Shown here: positions 11,221 through 24,651 of the stretch, piece by piece
Numbering within the stretch: position 1 is the first letter of the stretch
Layout of the letters: every line of letters starts with the position of its first letter
Assembly (NCBI GenBank): GCA_963575745.1
Contig: CAUYUJ010000125.1
Coordinates: 62,001 to 117,911 of the forward strand
Reading direction: 5' to 3'
DNA: 55,911 nt
From: Prorocentrum cordatum
Taxonomy: Eukaryota
Notes under the pieces: generated by a model
Told to the model about the DNA's origin: nothing
The model's input: only the letters and a program-made list of their open reading frames with translations
The model's database searches: none
Translations under genes and position numbers: made by a program

Positions 11221-12690
11221 TTCATTTTTCGGCCCTCGTCTCGGCTTGTATTGTTCCGGCTCGTCCAGTTTCAGTTCGTCGCGTCTTGGTTTGCCGCGTT
11301 GCGGTCCGTCCACTGTTGGTACGTTTCGCCTCTGTTGGGCTTCGCCCCCTGTTGGTTCGTCCCGCTTGGGAACTGGGTCGGATCTTGAGCTCGAGCTGGT
11401 TGAGCTCCCCGCACGTTTCGATTGCAGCCTGCTCTGGACGAGCTCAGGCAGCTCGAGCTAATGATTGAGCTCAGTTCGGTCAGAATTCGGATGCCAATAA
11501 TGATTTGACCCACAACGCAACGGAACGCAGCACAGTCAAACGCAGCACGTCGCATGACTCTTCAGCACGGAGCAACCGCCTGTTGCGGCAGGATCACGGC
11601 CCTGGGGGTGCCCATCCCTCGTCAGTTACGAACGGTCCTGCTCCTCGGCTTGCGGCCCCTGTGGCAGGAGACGCCATGTGGTTTTAGGAGGGTGGGCCGG
11701 CACGTATACGGCTCGTCCCAATCTCGGTTCGTCTTGCCGCGATGCGATCAGGATCTGTTCGGCTCTCGCCTTGGTTCGTGTGGTTTCGATTCGCCCAGTC
11801 TGACTTCGTCGCGCCTCGGTTCCCCGCGTTTCGGTCCGTCCACTGTGTGTGTGTGTGTGTTAGCATCGGTTCGGATTCGCTCCCTCTTGGTTTGTGCAGG
11901 TTCGGAAGAGAATCGGATCTTGAGCTCGAGCGGGTTGCAGAGTTCGAGGATGCCTCGATCGAAGCGCTTGTTGTGCAAAATCCGATGTGGATATCTCGAA
12001 CGAAACGCTTGTTTAGCAGAGAGGAACCTGGGCGCCCCGCGATGCTCTAGAAGGCTCTGAGAGCGTACCTCGGATCTTCGTAGCCGTCGCGCAGCACAGC
12101 ACAGTACGGTACAGTTCAACACAGTTGAGCATGTTTCAACACAGCACAGTTCAACACAGCAGGTCGCAGCACACTTCAGCACAGCACGGATCAGTTGCAA
12201 TGTGCGCCAGAGTCGCGGCCCTGGGGAGGCACATCCTTTGTAATTTTGGAGTGGTACTTTCCATCGGATTGCGGCTCCTTCGGCAGGAGACGCCATGGGG
12301 TTTCGCGAGGGTTAGCCGACACGTATTCGGCTCGTCCCAGTCTCGGTTCGTCTTGCCTCGATTTGATTAGGATCGGTTTGGCTCTCGCCTTGGTTCGTGT
12401 GGTTTCGGTTCGTCCTGTCTGATCTCGTCGCGCCTCGGTTCGCCGCGTTTCGGTCCGTCCAGTGTCGGTGCGTTTCGCCTCGGTTCGGATTCGCTCCTTC
12501 TGAGTTCGTCCCGCTGCGGAACTGGCCCTTGCGCTCGATCTGGCTGAGCGCCCCGCGGGCTTCGATTGCAACCAACTCTGGGCAAGATCTGCGTTCAGGC
12601 AGCTCGAGCTGAAGAGCCAGATCAGGTCGGTCAGGACTCGGATGCCAAGGACGATACATCCACAACGCAATAGAGCACAGCTCAGCTTAA
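10061..12690. repeat. Four diverged copies of a 450-600 bp block (about 10061-10515, 11229-11690, 11709-12300, 12327-12690)
   Basis: Shared motifs in the same order: tctcggttcgtcttg, gtttcggtccgtcca, gatcttgagctcgagc, tcggatgcca..cacaacgcaa, agacgccatg (not every motif in every copy). Confidence 0.85.
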
Positions 12691-12932
12691 CGCTGCAGGA
12701 TACTTTTCAATGCAGCACGGCATTTCAGAGCATAGCCCTTGGTACGGTACATCACTATCGGTATTTGCAGCATTGCAATTGTCTGTCGCCCAGGTAGTTG
12801 TCTTGGAAGCGCTTCCCTGCCTCTCATTTCTACATTATTTCCTGGGCTCGTAGGTCAATCATGTTTCTCGGATCGTGGCCATCAAGCCGCTATTGCTCAT
12901 GCCAGCCAGCTTTTAGCCAACGCCCCCCAAAA

Positions 12933-13490
12933 AGGAAGGAGGAGGAGGAGGAGGAGAAGGCGGAGGAGGAGGAGGAGGAAGAGGGGAGGAGGAGGAGGAG
13001 GAGGAGGAGGAGGAAGAGGAGGAGGAGGAGGAGGAGGCGGATGAGGAGGAGGAGGGAGGAGGAGGAGGAGGAGGGGAGGAGGAGGAGGAGGAGGAGGAGG
13101 AGGAGGAGGAGGAGGAGGAGGAGGAGTAGGAGGAGGAGGAGGGAGGGAGGAGAGGGAGGGGGAGGAGAGGGAGGGGATGGGAGGGAGGGCGTGCGTGCGT
13201 GCGGGGGGCGGGCGGGCGGGCGGCGCGGGTGGGCGGGCGGGCGGGCGGGCGGGAGGGAGGGAGGGAGGGGAGAGGGAAGAGGGGAGAGGGAAGGGAGGAT
13301 GATGATGATGATGATGATGAGAGGAGGAGGAGGAGGTGGAGGAGGAGGAGGAGGAGGAGGAGGAGGAGGGGGGAGGGAAGGAGGGTGGGAGGGAGGGAGG
13401 GAGGGAGGGAGGGAGGGAGGGAGGGAGGGAGGGAGGAGGAGGAGGAGGAGGAGGAGGAGGAGGAGGAGGAGGAGAAGAAGGAGGAGGAAG
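12933..13490. repeat. Compound microsatellite (GAG)n/(GGGA)n/(GGGC)n/(GAT)n
   Basis: Visible runs. Confidence 0.95.
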
Positions 13491-15059
13491 GTTGGGAAGG
13501 AGGTGCATCGGCGGCAGGAGACGTGGATGGGGCGGGTGACCTTTCCAGCGCCCCCCCCCCGCCTCAGGAGTCCCCAGGTCTGACCGCACGGGAGGCAGGC
13601 CGCTCTGGAGCGCCCCGTAGTTCCCGCCCCGCCTTCTCCTGCCGGCGCTGCCTCGCCCGCCACGTGCCACGCCGGTCCCCGAGGCGGGGATTGGATTCTC
13701 CAGCGTCCTCGCCTGGGGGATCCACCTTCGGGGACCTCGGCATACGGTGGAAGGAATGAATGGAGCCGCGTGTCCGCAGGCACGTGGGCGATGGCACGAG
13801 CCTGCGCCAGGCAGTGTGCCTGCGCACCGCTGCTTTCCAGGCTTCCGCTGGAGACGTGCCCAAATCTGAGAAATTCCAGCCCGAATTTCGACAACTCTGC
13901 TTGGCATGCTTAGACATGCGGTGGGTGTGAAGAAATAGTCCCGCCCCCCTGGGGCCCGGGTATATCCAGAGCCACCGCCCGCTGGGGTCCCTGGACGTCG
14001 GTTCCCCGGGCGGTGGATGCGGACAGATCCCCGCCTCGCACCCTCGGTCGGCGCCAGAAATGCGTGCGCTCCCTCCTGCCGTTCCTCCTTGAGGGGCACA
14101 GTGGAGGTGCGCCGCTTCCTGGCGCCTCAATGGCGCCCCTGATCCTTCTGATGATGAGGAGGAGGATGCGAGGAGGAACTTGTACCGGTACCGTTACCCT
14201 GCCATCGTCACCACGGCCAGATTCGCCTCGAAATCCTGGTCAGAGTTCGCCCCACGAGAGGTCCGGGGAGTAGCGGTATTCTGGGCATTTTCGTGCCCCC
14301 CTCCCCAGAGGAGGGGGAACGAGGATGGGGATGAGGGTGAGGACGGCTTGGCCACGAGGGCGCACACGGCGGTCCTGGGCCCAGTGTGGGCCTGGCCAGG
14401 GTGAGTGTGGGTGGCTACCCTGACGTCCGCCGGTGGGAGTTTCTTTCATCTCTTCGCTCGTTCCGCCGGCCCTTGCTGTCGCACCGCCGTGGACTGCCCG
14501 AGTGCTCGTCGTCAACACGGTGCGGCTGGGCGGGGGGCTGTTCTCTTGGGGGGTTTCCTCCTCCCACGGGGCATCCTTTTTTGGGCTTCCGCGTGCCTCT
14601 CGAGTGTTTCTTGGCGCGTGCCCTGGCGTCCGCCGATGGGAGCTGATATCTTGAGTCGCGGCCTCAGAGGTCCCGACCGCTTCCCGGGGGCGGCTTCCGT
14701 CCCCGAGGGACTCTTGAGGTTCCCGAGGCCCCGAGCGCGGCCTCCCGGGGCCGGCATCGAGGAGGCACCGCCGGTGAAAGGAAGCGTCTCGTCGGCTGGA
14801 GGGCGCGTACTGGGGGGGGCGGCGGCGCACGGGGTGGGGGGGGTCGCGGGGGCTGCCGAAAAGGGGCCCTCTGCGGCCCCTGAAGGGCCCGCTCGAGCGC
14901 AGAAGGGGCTTTTGGGGCCCGAAGAGGGCACCACCCATTCGCGCCCCCGCCCCCCCCCCAGCATCGCCCCCCCTCTCCTTCTCGCCACAGCAAGGAAGCA
15001 TCTCGTAGAAGATCTGGGCAGTTGGCGCCCTCCGAGGGGGCAGGTTCACACTAGTCTTC

Positions 15060-15388
15060 AGTCGGGCCTGTCCCTCTACAGGGGGGATATTCAGAAATGG
15101 TGACAAAATCGTCTGGGGACTTTTTTTTGCGCATTTTTTGGTCACTCTGGGGGTATTTTTGACTATCTTTGATTTTCGTCCAAAAATCCCCCCTGTGGTC
15201 ACCGCCCACCAAACCACCCCAACCCAACCCGAAGGCCACGATTCGCCCTCCATCTCCAGTGGGGGGGGGTCGGGAAGCATCGACAAAACACATATGAAGC
15301 CCGTACCCCCCCCCCAACCCGACACTCGGGTCTTCGGGTTGGGCTGGGGTGGTCTGGTAGGTAGTCATGTGGGAGGACAGGCCCGACT
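15060..15388. mobile_element. TIR element with a nested palindromic MITE (15205-15361), flanked by a 23-bp direct repeat
   Basis: Outer TIR agtcgggcctgtcc / ggacaggcccgact; inner TIR cccaccaaaccaccccaacccaacccgaa / ttcgggttgggctggggtggtctggtagg; gttggcgccctccgagggggcag at 15021-15043 and 15393-15415. Confidence 0.75.
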
Positions 15389-15420
15389 CAACGTTGGCGC
15401 CCTCCGAGGGGGCAGTCCTG

Positions 15421-17495
15421 CTCCTCCTCCTCCTCCTCCTCCTCTTCCTCCTCCTCCGCCTCCTCCTCCTCCTCCTCCTCCGCCTCCCCTCGCATTCATC
15501 CCTTACCCCTCCTCCCCCTTCCTCCTCCTCCTCCTCCTCCTCATCCTCACTCTTCCTCCTCATCCGCCGCTTCCTCATCCTCCTCCTCCTCCTCCTCCCT
15601 CCTCTCCTCCCCTCCCTCTCTCCTCCGCCTCCTCTTTCCTCCTCAGTGTCTTCACGCCAGTACGGGGCAGCGCTCCCGCGCTCGCCCCGCCCACGACTGG
15701 GCCCCCGCGACCCGCCCCCCCAGCGCGCCCCACTGGGCGGGCCCGGCGCCGGGCTCCGAAAAAAGGCGCCCTCGACGCCCCCGCCCCGTTCGGGCCCCCC
15801 ACCCCTTGTTTTTTTCCTTCCTCCCTCCTCCCTCCTCCCCTCCTTCCCCTCCCTCCTCCTCTCTCCTCCTCCTCCTCCTCCCCTCCTCCTCCTCCTCCCC
15901 CTCCTCCCCTCCTCCCCCTCCTCCCTCCTCCTCCTCCTCCTCCCTCCCTCCTCCTCCTGCCTCCTCTCCTCACTCCTCCTCCTCCTTCTCACCCTCCTCC
16001 CCCTCCTCCTCTCCTCCTCCTCCTCCTCCTTCCTCCTCCTCCTCCTCTCCTCGTCCTCCTCTCCTCTCCTCCTCCTCTTTTTTTTTCCTCCTCCTCCTCC
16101 CTCCTCCTCCCCTCCTCCCCCTCCTCCCCCTCCTCCTCCTCCTCCTCCTCCTCCCTCCCCTCCTCCTCCTCCTCCTCCCTTCCTCCTCTCCTCCCTCCCT
16201 CCTCGGCCTCCTCCTCCGCCTCTCCTCCTCCGCCTTCCTCCTCCTCTTCCTCCTCCTCCTCCTCCTGCGCCTCCTACTCCTCCTCACCTCCTCCTCCCTC
16301 CCTCCTCTCCTCCTCCTCCTCTCCTCCTCTCCGCATCCGCTCCTCCTCCTCCTCCTCCTCCTCCTCCTCCTCCGCCTCCTCCTCCTCAGTGTTCACGCCA
16401 GTCTCCGGGCAGCGCTCCCGCCGCTCGCCCCGCCCACGAGGTGCCCCCGCCGCGCCCCCGCGGGCGGCCGGCCGGCGGGCTCCGAAAAGGCGCTCTCGGC
16501 GTCCGCCCCGTCGACGCTCTCCGGCGCGGCGCGGGCGCCGCCCTCCTCCTCCTCCTCCTCCTCCTCCTCCTCATCCTCTCGCCTCGCCTCATCCTCTGCG
16601 GTCCGCCTCCTCCTCCTCCTCCTCCTCCTCCGCCTCCTCTTCCTCCTCAGTGTTCACGCCAGTCCGGGCAGCGCTCCCGCCGCTCGCCCCGCCCACGAGG
16701 GGCCCCCGCCGCGCCCCCACGGCCGGCCGGCCGGCGGGCTCCGAAAAGGCGCTCTCGACGTCCGCCCCGTAGACGCTTTTTTTTTTCTTTTTTTTTTTCT
16801 TTTTTTTCTTTCTTTTTTTTTTTCTCCTGGCTCGTCTCGGGGGGTGGCCCCACCAGGGCCCTCCCTCTCTCCTCATATTCCACTCCCACTCAGTCCTCCT
16901 CCTCTATCCTACCTCCTCCTCATCACCCTCCTACCCCCCCCTCTCTAACTCATACTCCTTCATCCTCATCCTAATAATTCATACTCCCTCCTCATCATCA
17001 GCCTCCAAATCCTCGCCCTCATACCCCCTACTCCCCCACCAATCTTCTCTCTCCTCCTACCTCCTCAACCCCCCTCCTCCCTAACTCCTACTGCGGGCTG
17101 CTCTCGATCCTTCCTCCCTCTCATACTCCCTAATTATTCCTCCTCCTCCTCCCCACCTCCGCCCACCCTACTCCCATAACTACTCCTCACTCAATAGTCA
17201 TCCAGCTCCTCCCTCCCTCACTCCTCCTTCTCCTCCTCCCCGCATCCTCCTCCCCCTCCTCCTACTCCCCTCCTCCTCTCCTCTCCTCCGCCTCTCCTCC
17301 TCTCCTTCCTCTCTCTCCTCCTCTTCTCCTCCTTGTCCTCCTTACCTCCTCCTCCTCCTCCTTCCTCCTCACCTCCTTCCTCCTCCTCCTCCCTCCTCCC
17401 ACAATCCTCCCCCTCTTCCTCCTCCTCCTCCTCCTCCTCCTCCCTCCTCCCTCCCTCCTCCTCCTCCTCCTCCTCCTCCTCCTCCTCCTCCTCCC
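15421..17495. repeat. CT-rich low-complexity region with three copies of an approximately 130-bp GC-rich block (about 15641, 16384, 16645)
   Basis: (CCT)n matrix; block cctcagtg..ttcacgccagt...gggctccgaaaa..ggcgc repeated three times with small indels. Confidence 0.9.
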
Positions 17496-17765
17496 GTCGA
17501 CTCTCCTGGCTCGTCGCGCGCGTCCCGCAGGTCCTCGTCTCGGGCCGGACGAAAGGGGGGCAGGGGGAAAATATAGGAAGCTATGGGGAATCTGGTCATT
17601 TGTGTCTATTCGTTCCTCCTCCTCCTCCTCCTCCTCCTCCTCCCGTCGACTCTCCTGGCTCGTCGCGCGCGTCCCGCAGGTCCTCGTCTCGGGCCGGACG
17701 AAAGGGGGGCATGGGGAAAATATAGGAAGCTATGGGGAATCTGGTCATTTGTGTCTATTCGTTTG
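17491..17765. repeat. Near-identical tandem duplication, period about 149 bp
   Basis: ctcccgtcgactctcctggctcgtcgcgcgcgtcccgcagg...tgtgtctattcgtt occurs at 17491 and 17640, joined by (CCT)n. Confidence 0.9.
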
Positions 17766-17873
17766 TGTGTCCAAGTTCCCCTTCATTCTTGGCCTTCGGA
17801 GGCCAGTTGTGGGCCTCTGGGCCGAGGCAGACTGGCCGAGGATGACGAGCCGGTCCTAGGGAAGGGGCCAGGA

Positions 17874-18071
17874 TCGGGCCGGTCGAAAGGGGGCGATAGG
17901 GAAAGGGGCGGGGTTACGAACTCTGCTGCATGCAGCTGGTTTCAGCCCCACCGAGGGGCCCGTTCCTCGATACATGGGCGCCTCCCGGCGCCAGGAGGCG
18001 CCGGGAAAATCAGCTACGTGAGCTGATTCTCAAACCCCTCCTTTGCTATCCCCCCCTTTCGCCCGGCCTGA
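17874..18071. mobile_element. MITE-like element family A, copy 2
   Basis: TIR tcgggccggtcgaaagggggcgatagggaaagg / cctttgctatccccccctttcgcccggcctga; body matches 3752-3947. Confidence 0.8.
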
Positions 18072-18334
18072 TAGTCGTCGTGCTCGCCTGTTGTACTGTT
18101 CTGGTCCTATTCTCAGCGTGCAGTCGGGAGTGCGCCTGCACTCGCCAAGTGCTCCCCCGCTCGGCGTGCATCCTGCGTGGTCGGTTCTTAGCGTGCGTCG
18201 GAGAGCTGTTCCACTCGACCCTGCTTAGCGTGCGCGCCCTTGCGCTGCTCAGCGTGTCGGCGGCTTCGGCTTTGCAGGGCCCGACATCACACACACGCGC
18301 TAAGAGTCGGACCGTGGCCGTAAACAGACCAACT

Positions 18335-18429
18335 CGGAGGTCCGCGCGGACGTCTCGGATCGGCGCTGGGCTCCGCGCGCCTGGCAGGGGGGGTCCAGCG
18401 CCGATGCGAGACGCCCGCGCGGAGCTCCG
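18335..18429. mobile_element. MITE-like element family C, copy 1
   Basis: cggaggtccgcgcgga..tcggcgctgg / ccagcgccga..ccgcgcggagctccg; related copies at 46661, 47401 and 47879. Confidence 0.7.
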
Positions 18430-19399
18430 TGTTCTTGTGCTCGTGTCAGTGTTTGCTCCCCCGTGGACCCCTTCAGGGGCGACGCTGGGGGGTCGGCTGG
18501 GGGGTGGTTCGGGGTTCGGGGCTCTCGGGCGTTTTCGCCAGTGCTCGGCGCTTTTCCGGCCTCGGGGGTGCTCTCCAGCAGCGGCGCCTCTCCGAGAGCG
18601 TCTCGGGGGGGTGCCCCGATGGGGGGCCCGATGGCCCACCCCGCCCGGGAGCGTGCGGGCTCGCACTCGGGGGCCTGTCGCCGATCTATCGGCGATGACT
18701 CGCCGAGTCCAGGCCCCCCGTGGCTTCCCGAGGCCGCCGCCGCGCCCAGCGCACCCCGTCCGCAGACGGGGCGCTCGACGCTCGCGAGTGCTATTTCCAG
18801 GAGGGAACAAAACACACAGAGAAAATTCATCGTCGATTCCCTGGAAAATATGGGAAACTATGGGAAGTGGGGAGGAAGACAAAAGCCAAGAACCTATGGG
18901 AAACTATGGGGAATCGTTTTATTCGTGTGTATTTATTTGTGTGTGTCCCAGGGCCCCTTCATATTTCCAGATCTTCCGGCAGACGCTTTCCGCCGATCGG
19001 GGCCCGCGCACGAGCGCGCGCTTCTCCAGGCGCGCTCGCGGCGCCGGTGGCTGCCCTCGCCGGGCTCGGCAGGCCGAGCGGGCTGTGCGTGATCGCCTCC
19101 TGCCGCCAAGGCCTGCTGGCAGACCGCGGCCGAGTCGAGGTGCTCGAGCGGAGGCCGTGGAGGAGACGACCTCCTCCTGGTCCTTCGCGTTCTCCCGCTC
19201 CTCCTGCAGACTCCTGCGGCCCTCCCCCCCCGATGCTGGCACGGCATGCTTGCCATCCGACGGGGGCGACTTTTCGCAGAGCCCCTGCGCGTCCTTCAAC
19301 CTGTCCGTGGAGCGGGAACATGCCTTGCGCCCCGCTGAGTGGAAATCTGAACGGGAGCGCAGCATCTGACGGAACAAACGCATGTCGGGCTGTTTGAGT

Positions 19400-22120
19400 C
19401 AGATTCGAACACCTCCAGCTGTAGACAATTCGCATCCGATGTGACTTGCCATAATTGCTGCATGGCGAAGTAAGTTCTTTGCCGAGACTTTTGGAGGAGG
19501 CGCAGCATGGCCGAGTTGGCCAGAAGGCACGCGGGAAGCAACGTTAGCGCGAGGATGGATTCCGATGCTTTCGTTTTTGAAGGCGCATCGCGCACGGACA
19601 GCGCGACGCAAATGCCTGCGTAATTCACGCGACTGCAAGAATCGTGGGCGCAAGTCGCGTCCTACAAGCTTGGCTGTCGACTCGGTTCGTGCTTTTGTAT
19701 TTTGATTGTCCGTGACAGAACGGCGATGCCATCTCCCTCCCGTTCCTCAACAGATGTCGGGATATTTCAGATTTTGCTCTGTGTCGCAATGGATTGCACA
19801 TCCGTTGTTGTGGGTATTGCCCAGCCCAGTGCTCATGTTGCGTGTGCCGTGCCGCGCGGGATTCCTCTTTGCGCTACAGGTGTGTGCGTGCAGAGAACGA
19901 TCGCCGCGTTGAAAAATCAGCATCCACATTGTACTATCCGAACAACTGGTAAAAGCCCGCAATATCCCATCATTTACAGCGCCGCCTCCTCACCTAAATC
20001 CTCCTGTATCGTGAGCGCGCCGCGTTTGAAGCTGGTGCTTTGCTGGTTGGCTTCCACGCAGTGAGTGCAAGCGGGGTCGCTCTCTGTCAGCAGGTCCTCA
20101 TCGAAGCCAATTGCTCTAGGCTGAAGCGCTGGACCTGCGGGAGGGGGCGTCGGAGAGGGCGAATCTGCCCGCCCGGCCCGGAGATCCACCGCCGCTGCTG
20201 GCCCAAAACTTCCGCGCCAGGTCCAGGGGCAGCTCTGGGGGCAGGTGCGCGGGTGGCTTGCGCTCTCTTGCTTCGGATGCGCATGCCTGCTCGCGCGGAC
20301 GCGCCGCCCCCGCGCGTGCTCCGTCGCATCGAGCGCGAGCTCGGAGCCGGAGAGCTCCCGGTCCGATTTGGGGGGCGCGTGTTTCTCCTCCGCGCTGGCG
20401 CCCTTCCTGCGGCCCGTGCTCGGCGCCAGGAGCTCTGCCGTCCGAGTGGGGCGTTGGCCGGCGTGGCCAGCTGGGCCCGCTCGCGCATGGTCTCCTGCGC
20501 CCGTCGATCGCTCGGGCGAGGTTCGTTCCCCAGAGCCTGCGAGCCAATGGGCTTGGGCGCCATCGCGTTGGCGACCAGCTGCTCCCGCTCGGGGCCGAGT
20601 TGCGCAAGCTGCTCCCCCTCCTCGGGCCCCCAGAGCATGCTGAGCTTCACTTCGCTGGGGGCTACTCCTGCAGAGTAGAAGGAATGGCCGTCTGCGATGA
20701 CATCGCCATGTGGCGCCTGGGACGAGGGCTTTCCTCTTTCCATTGTTAGTCCGACGCGGACGGGCCTTGGGTCGGCTTCGCCCTGGTGCTCTGGGCGGAG
20801 CCGCGCTGGCGCCGCTGTCCAAGGTCCGTCTGGTGGGCACACCCCTCGCCGCCGCGACTGGGGTATGCATCCTCTCAGACACAACCTGCAGGGCCCTCTG
20901 CCCTCAGGCCCCGTTACCGCCCGACTCGGGCGGCTCTTCTGGCGCAGCGACAGCAGTGCCGCCTTGAGGCGTGCAACGCCTCTGCCAGCCTTGCATCGTG
21001 CTTCTCCTGCGCTTTCCGCGCGCGCGTGGCCTTGGCAGTGCCAGTGTAACTGTTGCGTTTGCCTTTTCGTTCGGAAAGTTGGGCTGCGGCGGGCTGTCCC
21101 CGTGGTGGCGGCTGGTTTGCCGAAGTGCCGCGGGGGCCGCTGCAGCTATTCATGGGCTAGCGTTTCGGCTTTGGCCGTCCGCTGGGCTTGCGCCCTAGTC
21201 TGCTGCTAGGTGATCTAATTGGCCACGCTTGAAACGCCCTCCTGGCGTTGGGTCGCCATGCCTCATTGGGCGCGCTTTTCCGTTGACGCAGCCGAAGCCC
21301 GACGAGCAAAACTTGCGCGGCTTTCATGCGGACTTGCCAGCTCCCTTGGCCGCGAAGGCGGCTGGGTCTGACTCCGACCCCGTTGCTTTGAACCATTGTT
21401 GTCGGTTGCGCGGAGCAGCTCTTCTGCCCGTCCTCACTGGGCTGATAATGTATTCGATGCACTGGCCAAACAACCTAGCATAGTCTGGCTGGATGGATCT
21501 TGCGCCGTGTTGGCGCACGAACACGCCAAGTCTAGGGCGAATGTGTGGTTCGAGTCAAAGACAGACTATCTTGTGCGCTGCCGTAGGCATGATGCAGTAG
21601 TCTGGCACCGCGGTCCCGAAGCGATCCAAGCAGGACGTTAGCCGTCGCCACTGCTTGAGGCGCACTTCTACGTCTTCGCCTGGCCGCATTTGCGGGGCAT
21701 CCGTGATGGGCTAGAACCGTTCTGTGCGCTCAGAGTCTGCGTGTGCGTCCGCACGTGTGCCGCGATGTGCCTTCATCAAGAGCAGCGCCAGGTAGTCTTG
21801 TCGTCATGCTGGTGCCCTGGTGTTTGCTGATAGTTCGCGCACGCAGGCTCCGTGGCAAGGCACTTGGTGCTAGAGGCGACAGCCTGGACTTCATTGACAG
21901 CCCCTCGACTGGAATCGGCCCCGTGGTGCCCGACCAAGGTCTGCACGACTGGGGCGCAGCGCAGAGCAGCAAATGCTGATCCATCGCGAGAACCAGCGCC
22001 TGTTGCCAGTGGAGTTGACCAGCCTGGTCGACTGGGAACGCAGCGGCTACGTTCGATCCTGTTTCGTGTATCCAATCGTTCTTGTTATGAATCAATCGGC
22101 GGTTGCTGCGACACCAAGAG
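19400..22120 (+). mobile_element. Possible highly decayed LINE remnant
   Basis: Complex non-microsatellite sequence with no intact ORF; WADNVF at about 21438 resembles the (Y/W)ADD/N RT motif, and MDSDA at about 19555 resembles the endonuclease GDxNA motif in the right order. Weak. Confidence 0.25.
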
Positions 22121-23269
22121 TTTGTTCCGTCACTGCGGGGAGCTCTTTGATATGGCGCTGGTGTGTGCGACTGCCGTTTCAGACGCTGCGCCCCAGACGA
22201 CTCGCTCGGCCTCTTGTTGTGCTGCGAAGTCTCGACGCCGACGCAGTATTTCGGCAGCTCGCCGAAGCATAGCGTGAATGTGCTCGTTGTGATCAGTGCT
22301 GCCCCTCGCGTGTTCTAGACGCTGACTCACTGCTATGGTTCTTTGTTCGAGCTGTCGCTGGCTTGCGGCCCTCTCCTCCGCAAGCTCTGCTGCTGCCATG
22401 CTTGTGCTTGCTGCGACCAGCTACACTTGCATGCGCTGCTGCGCACATTGGGCGCACATCATGGCAAGTTAAATCTCGCGAGCTGGCGTGCGAGAGGCGG
22501 CGCCAACGGTGCTTCTCGCATCGGCCTGTGTCGTGCTTCCTCCGCGGTCCGCGCGCCGTGAGGCTGCAACCCGACGCGCCATGTCGCTGCACTCCGCGCG
22601 CCTCCTCTGCAAAGAGGCTCTCTGAGCTGGCTCGGCTTGGTCCCGCTGTGTCAACTCACTGACACTCCCTGGTCTGGACAACCCAGACAAGGCCAGCATG
22701 AGCCTACTGTGCTCCGAGACCACCTGGTGGTCCAGATTTCGGCCAAGAGTTCCTCTGCACTCCCCTGCCCTCGCGTTCAAAGCGTGTGCCTCTTGCCTCA
22801 GAGCTACCTCGACCTCCCCATGCAGCATCGTCGATTCGGCAGCGTCAGCGTTGGGCCCATATCCCGCTCGGGGACTACTTTCCCCCAACTGTCTCCCCCC
22901 CACAGTCAAACAAAAGAATCAAGACTACATATGGTAAGACATATGGCTTGTCGATGTACCAGTGGTTGAGGCTTCAAGGCTACTCCGCCCGTCCGACCTC
23001 GAGTCTTGTGGCTACGGAGGGGCAGGCCTGGAACGCAGCAGCACATGGTGTAAAGTCCTTGCTATGCCGGATGCTCTCTCGCACCCATGCTGCACTGTTA
23101 CATCCGTGTTGCGCTACTGCTGACACGTGATCGGATAGTTTCTGTTGGCGCGGAGGTCGCAAATAGCAGTGTTTCGGGTCCCCTTGTGGTTCCAGTTCGT
23201 AGTCGGGGAAGAGGAGGATTGCGAGGACTAGGAAGAGGAGGCCAAGAGTAGACGGAGGATAAGGAAGAA

Positions 23270-24513
23270 ACAGGTGATAATGATGCTTGTGTTGGTGATG
23301 ACGATACTGATGATCGTGGTAACGATGACGATGGCGGTGATGTTGGTGAATTCGTGTTTTTTGATGGTGATGGTGGTGATGATGCTGTTGCTGATGATGG
23401 TAATGATGGTGATGATGACGATAGTGAGAAGGACGAGGAGGATACGGAGACGATGATAAAAGTGATGATGATGAGGATGAGGATGATCAGGATGATAACG
23501 ACGCTGATGATGCTGCTGCTGATGATGACGTGGACGATGACGATGAGGATGCGGATGGGGATGCTGCTGTTGATGACGGTGATTCCGATGATGATGACGA
23601 TGATGGTGAGACGGATGCGAAGTCTACTCAGAGGATACGGATGATGGTGATGATTATGACAGTGGTGGTGACGTTGGTGATGATGTTGTTGATGGTGATG
23701 GTGGCGACGACGATGACGACGACGATGATGCTGATGATGGTGGTGGCGAATGATGATGATGCTGATGATGCTGATGATGATGCTGATGATGATGCTGCTG
23801 AAAATGACGACGATGATGATGGCGACTATATGGATCATTATGGTGCTGATGACTGTGATGGTACTGTTGCTGATGATGCTGCTGATGCCGATGCTGATGA
23901 CGATGATGATGCCGATGATTCCGACGACGATGGTGGTGGTGCTGGTGTTGGTGTTGGTGTTGGTGATGATGATGATGATGATGATGATGAGGATGATGAT
24001 GCTGATGATGATGATGCTGATGATGATGATGATGATGATGATGACCATGATGCTCATGTGATGTTGAAGGTGATGATGAGAAGGATGACGAGGCTGCTGC
24101 TGCGGCTGCTGCTTCTGCTGCTGAATATTATGATGCTGCTGCTGCTGATGGTGATGATGATGCTGACGACGACGATGACGATGAAGATTAAGATGCTGCT
24201 GACCAGTATGATGATATGCTGACGATGATTCTGATGATCATGGGGATGAGGAGGGTGAGTATGCTTATCATGCTTATCATGTGATGGTGATGCTTGTGCT
24301 GATCAGGTTGATTATGATGCAGATGATGATGATGGTTATGATGATGATGCTGGTGATGATGACGATACTGAGAAGGATGAGGAGGATACGGAGACGATGA
24401 TAACGGTGATGATGATGAGGGTGACCAGGATGATGCTGATGATGATGATGCTGATGATGATGACGATGACGATGACGATGATGATGATGATGATGATGAT
24501 GCTGATGATGATC

Positions 24514-24603
<90 letters not shown>

Positions 24604-24604
24604 C

Positions 24605-24651
<47 letters not shown>

